Shown here: positions 14,801 to 18,754 of the stretch, one piece after another
Layout: each line of letters begins with the position of its first letter
How positions within the stretch are numbered: the stretch's first letter is position 1
Virus genome (UHGV): UHGV-0135550
Reading direction: 5' to 3' (one strand)
DNA length: 18,754 bases
Source of the DNA: a virus
The notes under the pieces: generated by a model
Database searches by the model: none
Told to the model about the DNA's origin: nothing
The model's input: only the letters and a program-made list of their open reading frames with translations
Program-made: the position numbers and the translations under genes

Positions 14801-15163
14801 ATGGCTAGCGAACGCAGTACTGATGTGCAGGCATTTATCGGGGAGCTGGACGGCGGCGTATTTGAAACCAAAATCGGCGCAGTTCTCAGTGAAGTCGCTT
14901 CCGGTGTGATGAACACGAAAACCAAAGGGAAGGTCTCACTCAACCTGGAAATCGAACCATTTGATGAGAACCGTGTGAAAATCAAACACAAACTCTCATA
15001 TGTTCGCCCGACTAACCGCGGGAAAATTTCCGAAGAAGACACCACCGAAACGCCGATGTATGTCAATCGCGGTGGTCGCCTGACTATTCTGCAGGAAGAC
15101 CAGGGACAATTACTGACTCTTGCCGGTGAACCTGACGGAAAACTCCGCGCAGCAGGTCATTAA
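14801..15163 (+). CDS. yfdP: YfdP-like prophage protein (120 aa)
   Basis: ATG at 14801 with GAGGAG RBS (7-nt spacing); length and neighbourhood match the yfdP-yfdQ-yfdR-yfdS module of E. coli CPS-53-type prophages as I recall it; the ORF-track start at 14570 is an upstream extension. Confidence 0.55.
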   Translation: MASERSTDVQAFIGELDGGVFETKIGAVLSEVASGVMNTKTKGKVSLNLEIEPFDENRVKIKHKLSYVRPTNRGKISEEDTTETPMYVNRGGRLTILQEDQGQLLTLAGEPDGKLRAAGH

Positions 15164-15228
15164 TATCGTTTTTAATAAACTGATTATTTCTCTCATCACT
15201 GAATATTTTTATATAGTGAGGACTTATT

Positions 15229-16053
15229 ATGTCTCAGAACTTAGACGCAACCGCAATTAATCAAATCCATGCCCTTATTTCTGCTCAGGGTGTTAATGAA
15301 ATTATCAGTAAGATTGGTGCCGATGCTGTGGCATTGCCTGAGAATTTCCGCATTCATGATCTGGAAAAATTTAATTTAAATCGTTTCCGTTTCCGTGGTG
15401 CGCTTTCCACTGCCAGCATCGATGACTTTACTCGTTATTCTAAAGATCTTGCAGATGAAGGCACCCGCTGCTTTATCGATGCCGATAATATGCGTGCCGT
15501 CAGTGTGCTTAACCTGGGTACTATTGATGAGCCAGGTCACGCAGATAACACTGCCACTCTCAAACTGAAAAAGACAGCACCGTTCTCTGCTCTGTTGTCT
15601 GTTAACGGCGAGCGTAACTCCCAGAAGTCACTGGCAGAATGGATCGAAGACTGGGCCGACTACCTTGTGGGCTTTGATGCTAATGGTGATGCCATTCAGG
15701 CAACAAAAGCGGCTGCGGCAGTCCGTAAAATCACGATTGAAGCAAACCAGACCGCTGATTTTGAAGACAATGACTTCAGCGGCAAACGCTCCCTGATGGA
15801 GTCTGTCGAAGCGAAGACCAAAGATATTATGCCTGTGGCATTTGAATTTAAATGCGTTCCGTTTGAAGGCCTGAAAGAACGTCCGTTTAAATTACGCCTC
15901 AGCATTATCACTGGCGATCGTCCTGTACTGGTTCTGCGCATTATTCAGCTGGAAGCAGTGCAGGAAGAAATGGCTAACGAATTTCGTGATCTGCTTGTTG
16001 AGAAATTCAAGGACAGCAAAGTAGAAACCTTTATTGGTACTTTCACCGCCTGA
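15229..16053 (+). CDS. yfdQ: YfdQ-like prophage protein (274 aa)
   Basis: Length 274 aa and position between the yfdP-like and HD-domain yfdR-like genes; GTGAGGA RBS. Confidence 0.65.
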   Translation: MSQNLDATAINQIHALISAQGVNEIISKIGADAVALPENFRIHDLEKFNLNRFRFRGALSTASIDDFTRYSKDLADEGTRCFIDADNMRAVSVLNLGTIDEPGHADNTATLKLKKTAPFSALLSVNGERNSQKSLAEWIEDWADYLVGFDANGDAIQATKAAAAVRKITIEANQTADFEDNDFSGKRSLMESVEAKTKDIMPVAFEFKCVPFEGLKERPFKLRLSIITGDRPVLVLRIIQLEAVQEEMANEFRDLLVEKFKDSKVETFIGTFTA

Positions 16054-16065
16054 TTTCATTACTGC

Positions 16066-16087
16066 AAATGCCCCTGCGGGGGCATTT
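16066..16087 (+). other. Perfect 9-bp hairpin between the yfdQ-like and yfdR-like genes (possible attenuator or RNA processing site)
   Basis: AAATGCCCC-TGCG-GGGGCATTT, 12 nt after the yfdQ-like stop; downstream run is only TTTAT, so not a canonical terminator. Confidence 0.4.
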
Positions 16088-16180
16088 ATGGAAACGTAAT
16101 TGACTCAATAATCGCCGGATGGTGAGGGCTTCCTTTTACCAGAATTCAGCGCGGTGCAGCGCATATACGTGGAGAACAAA

Positions 16181-16717
16181 ATGTCATTTATTAAAACTTT
16201 TTCCGGGAAGCATTTTTATTATGACAGGATAAATAAAGACGACATCGTTATTAACGATATCGCGGTTTCTCTTTCAAATATCTGTCGCTTTGCAGGACAT
16301 CTTTCACATTTCTACAGCGTCGCCCAACATGCGGTGCTTTGCAGCCAACTGGTACCGCAGGAATTTGCTTTTGAAGCGTTAATGCATGATGCAACAGAAG
16401 CGTATTGCCAGGACATCCCGGCGCCACTGAAACGCCTTCTTCCTGACTATAAACGGATGGAAGAAAAAATAGACGCCGTAATCCGTGAGAAATACGGGTT
16501 ACCCCCGGTTATGAGTACCCCCGTGAAATATGCCGATCTCATCATGCTGGCAACCGAACGCCGCGATCTCGGGCTTGATGATGGCTCTTTCTGGCCTGTG
16601 CTGGAAGGTATCCCGGCAACAGAGATGTTCAACGTGATTCCACTGGCTCCAGGCCATGCCTACGGGATGTTTATGGAACGCTTTAACGAATTATCGGAGT
16701 TACGCAAATGCGCATGA
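16181..16717 (+). CDS. yfdR: HD-domain phosphohydrolase, YfdR-like (5'-deoxynucleotidase family)
   Basis: HD motif in EALMHDATEAY with upstream His residues; 178 aa from ATG 16181 (GGAG RBS); ORF-track start at 16154 is an extension. Confidence 0.75.
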   Translation: MSFIKTFSGKHFYYDRINKDDIVINDIAVSLSNICRFAGHLSHFYSVAQHAVLCSQLVPQEFAFEALMHDATEAYCQDIPAPLKRLLPDYKRMEEKIDAVIREKYGLPPVMSTPVKYADLIMLATERRDLGLDDGSFWPVLEGIPATEMFNVIPLAPGHAYGMFMERFNELSELRKCA

Positions 16718-17040
16718 ATGTTTTCGAAATGGAAGGGGGTCTTCGCGGGAAATGTGTACCGCGAGATCTGAAAGTGAATGAAACAAATGCTGAGTATCTG
16801 GTACGTAAATTCGATGCGCTTGAAGCTAAATGTGCGGCTCTGGAAAACAAAGTAATACCAGTGTCAGCTGAACTGCCGCCAGCAAATGAAAGTGTTCTGT
16901 TATTTGATGCTAATGGAGAAGGCTGGCTGATTGGCTGGCGTTCTCTCTGGTACACATGGGGCAAAAAGAAACCGGAGAATGGCAGTGGACATTTCAGGTC
17001 GGGGACCTTGAAAACGTCAATATCACTCACTGGGCAGTAA
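16708..17040 (+). CDS. yfdS: YfdS-like protein; reading frame apparently disrupted near 16959-16970 (possible pseudogene or sequencing error)
   Basis: Open frame from ATG 16708 stops at 17038-17040, but the frame offset by 2 stays open from 16914 to a TGA at 17067-17069 that overlaps the next gene's ATG (ATGA); joining at the GGGGCAAAAAGAAA run gives a 120-aa product. Confidence 0.5.
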   Translation: MRMNVFEMEGGLRGKCVPRDLKVNETNAEYLVRKFDALEAKCAALENKVIPVSAELPPANESVLLFDANGEGWLIGWRSLWYTWGKKKPENGSGHFRSGTLKTSISLTGQ

Positions 17041-17065
17041 TGCCGAAAGCACCAGAGACTAAGAA

Positions 17066-17281
17066 ATGAGCGTGATAAAAACTCATACAGGAATTGTTAT
17101 CACCCGAGACGGTGAAAAGCGGATGAAATTACATTCCACTGAAACGTCCTGGGTTGCCGGACGTTGTGAATCCTACGACAAAAAGACTGGTTACCGTTGG
17201 GGTGCGCCAAACATGCGTCGCCGTCTGCTCCTGGACAGCATCAGGCCAATAAAACAGGTAGCAACCAGAGAACAAAATTAA
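17066..17281 (+). CDS. Hypothetical small protein (71 aa)
   Basis: ORF with ATG at 17066 overlapping the alternative-frame stop of the yfdS-like gene; no recognisable motif. Confidence 0.4.
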   Translation: MSVIKTHTGIVITRDGEKRMKLHSTETSWVAGRCESYDKKTGYRWGAPNMRRRLLLDSIRPIKQVATREQN

Positions 17282-17340
17282 TTATCAGGACTGGAATTTG
17301 ATATTACTGCCCGTGTGCAGCGGGCTAAGTGGAGAAACAT

Positions 17341-17547
17341 ATGCTGAACCTCGATTGCGTTCCTATCTCAACTTATTGCAAAGAAACTGGCGAAACTCCT
17401 GAAGCAATAAACAAACGTGTACAGCGCGGTGTTTGGCGTGAAGGTGTTCAGGTTTTAAAGGTTGAAGGCGTTAAGGAGAGGTGGATTGATCTTAGTGAGG
17501 TTGCAAAATGGGCCAGACAAAACTGCTCAAACTACCGCGCGGCGTAA
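17341..17547 (+). CDS. Excisionase-like small DNA-binding protein (Xis)
   Basis: 68 aa from ATG 17341 (GGAG RBS); basic, Trp-containing; immediately upstream of and overlapping the integrase start by 40 nt. Confidence 0.5.
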   Translation: MLNLDCVPISTYCKETGETPEAINKRVQRGVWREGVQVLKVEGVKERWIDLSEVAKWARQNCSNYRAA

Positions 17548-18704
17548 CAATCAGAAAACACCGTCAGGGAGAAACGATCAATATAACTTTCACCTACAAA
17601 GGAGTTAAATGTCGTGAGCCACTTTCCAATCTGGAAGTAACACCAAAGAACATTAAATACGCCGAGCGCACACTCGGCGAAATTCATAATAAGATCGAAA
17701 GGGGAACATTCATTTATGCGGAATATTTTCCCCGTTCTGCTCGTTTGAAAATTTTTGGTAATGCTGCTGCAGGCAAAACGGTAAAAATGTACCTGGACGA
17801 ATACCTTGAAATCTGCGAAACGAGAAAACTTTCACCATCTACGATTGGTGGTTATAAAAAATGCCGTAGTGCGTTAGCCTCACTCCACATTTGCCCTGCA
17901 AGTGAATTAACACCAGCAATCCTGAAAGCGTGGATTCAAAGCCAGAAAACGACCTTAAAAACAATTCGCAACCAGTTATCTTTCCTGCGGTCAGCACTTG
18001 ATGAAGCCGTAACCGATGGGGTACTTCAAATTAACCCCGTATCGTTGGTAACTGCTTCGCGCTACCAAAGTGATAAGTCAGAAGTAGAAAGCAGCTACGT
18101 GGTTGATCCGCTATCACCAACAGAAGTTGATGCATTACTAGCAGCAGCTGGAAACAAACAATGGGAGAATCTGTTCCGGTTCGCTATACATACAGGCCTG
18201 CGTAGTTCTGAATTATGTGCCCTTCGATGGCGTGATATCGACTTTGTTGGAAAAACTGCCCATGTCCAGAGCGCAAGTGTTGTCGGTGTTATCAAAGGGA
18301 CAAAGACAAAAGCAGGTACTCGTAAAGTTGAACTGACAGAAGAGGCAATGTTGGCGCTGATAAATCAGAAGCCATTTACATTCATGAAGGATGCTACTGT
18401 CTTTGAAGACCCAAAGACCAATAAGCCTTGGGCAAGTGCTGATGCAATCAGGAAAAAAGCATGGGTGCCAACATTACGGAAAGCAGGTATTCGATACAGA
18501 AATCCATATCAAACTAGGCATACATTCGCCACCAGCCATATCAGCCGAGGAGCAAATCTGTTTTGGCTTGCAGCTCAAATGGGGCATAAAGGGCCGGAAA
18601 TGCTTTTCAGGCATTATGGTTCGTATCTCGTAGACTATGATGGCAAGACAGCTTGTAAGGACCAAGTATCAAAAAATCCGGAGAACATGAAAATTGAGAA
18701 GTAA
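17508..18704 (+). CDS. Tyrosine-type phage integrase
   Basis: 398 aa; C-terminal catalytic signature RHTFATSHISRGANLFWLAAQMGHKGPEMLFRHYGSY (HxxR and catalytic Tyr); GTGAGG RBS. Confidence 0.9.
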   Translation: MGQTKLLKLPRGVTIRKHRQGETINITFTYKGVKCREPLSNLEVTPKNIKYAERTLGEIHNKIERGTFIYAEYFPRSARLKIFGNAAAGKTVKMYLDEYLEICETRKLSPSTIGGYKKCRSALASLHICPASELTPAILKAWIQSQKTTLKTIRNQLSFLRSALDEAVTDGVLQINPVSLVTASRYQSDKSEVESSYVVDPLSPTEVDALLAAAGNKQWENLFRFAIHTGLRSSELCALRWRDIDFVGKTAHVQSASVVGVIKGTKTKAGTRKVELTEEAMLALINQKPFTFMKDATVFEDPKTNKPWASADAIRKKAWVPTLRKAGIRYRNPYQTRHTFATSHISRGANLFWLAAQMGHKGPEMLFRHYGSYLVDYDGKTACKDQVSKNPENMKIEK

Positions 18705-18754
18705 AACGCCCGATAGCACTAGCCCCCCTTCGCAAAACAGTAAAGCTTACAAGA

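Overview
The whole 18.7 kb window reads as part of a lambdoid prophage, read by eye from the sequence and ORF track with no database searches run. Left to right: a minus-strand lysis cassette (lipoprotein, M15 endolysin, two holin-like membrane proteins, TerB-like protein), a minus-strand cluster of three phage-borne tRNAs (Arg-UCG, Thr-UGU-like, Gly-UCC), then a ~3.8 kb strongly AT-rich island, then minus-strand Q antiterminator, nin-like genes (DUF968, KilA-N, RusA, LexA-DNA-binding-domain-only protein, Dam-like methyltransferase), an O-like replication initiator with internal iterons, a Cro-like/CI-like immunity switch with shared ATGTAC-N7-ATACAT operators, a plus-strand yfdP/Q/R/S-like early-left operon, excisionase and tyrosine integrase at the right edge. 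The most interesting object is the AT-rich island between Q and the tRNA/lysis genes. It carries one 1050-aa ORF (3397..6549, +) that fuses an N-terminal calcineurin-like metallophosphoesterase to a central NACHT/STAND-like P-loop NTPase and a ~400-aa helical C-terminal region, with its own sigma70-like promoter and terminator and oriented against phage late transcription. I propose it as a candidate, possibly undescribed, single-gene NLR-like antiphage defense protein; this is inference from motifs and context, not a database match. Secondary observations include a ~600-nt untranslated leader with a strong intrinsic terminator downstream of the PL-like promoter, a probable homopolymer frameshift in the yfdS-like gene, and a LexA DNA-binding-domain-only protein.
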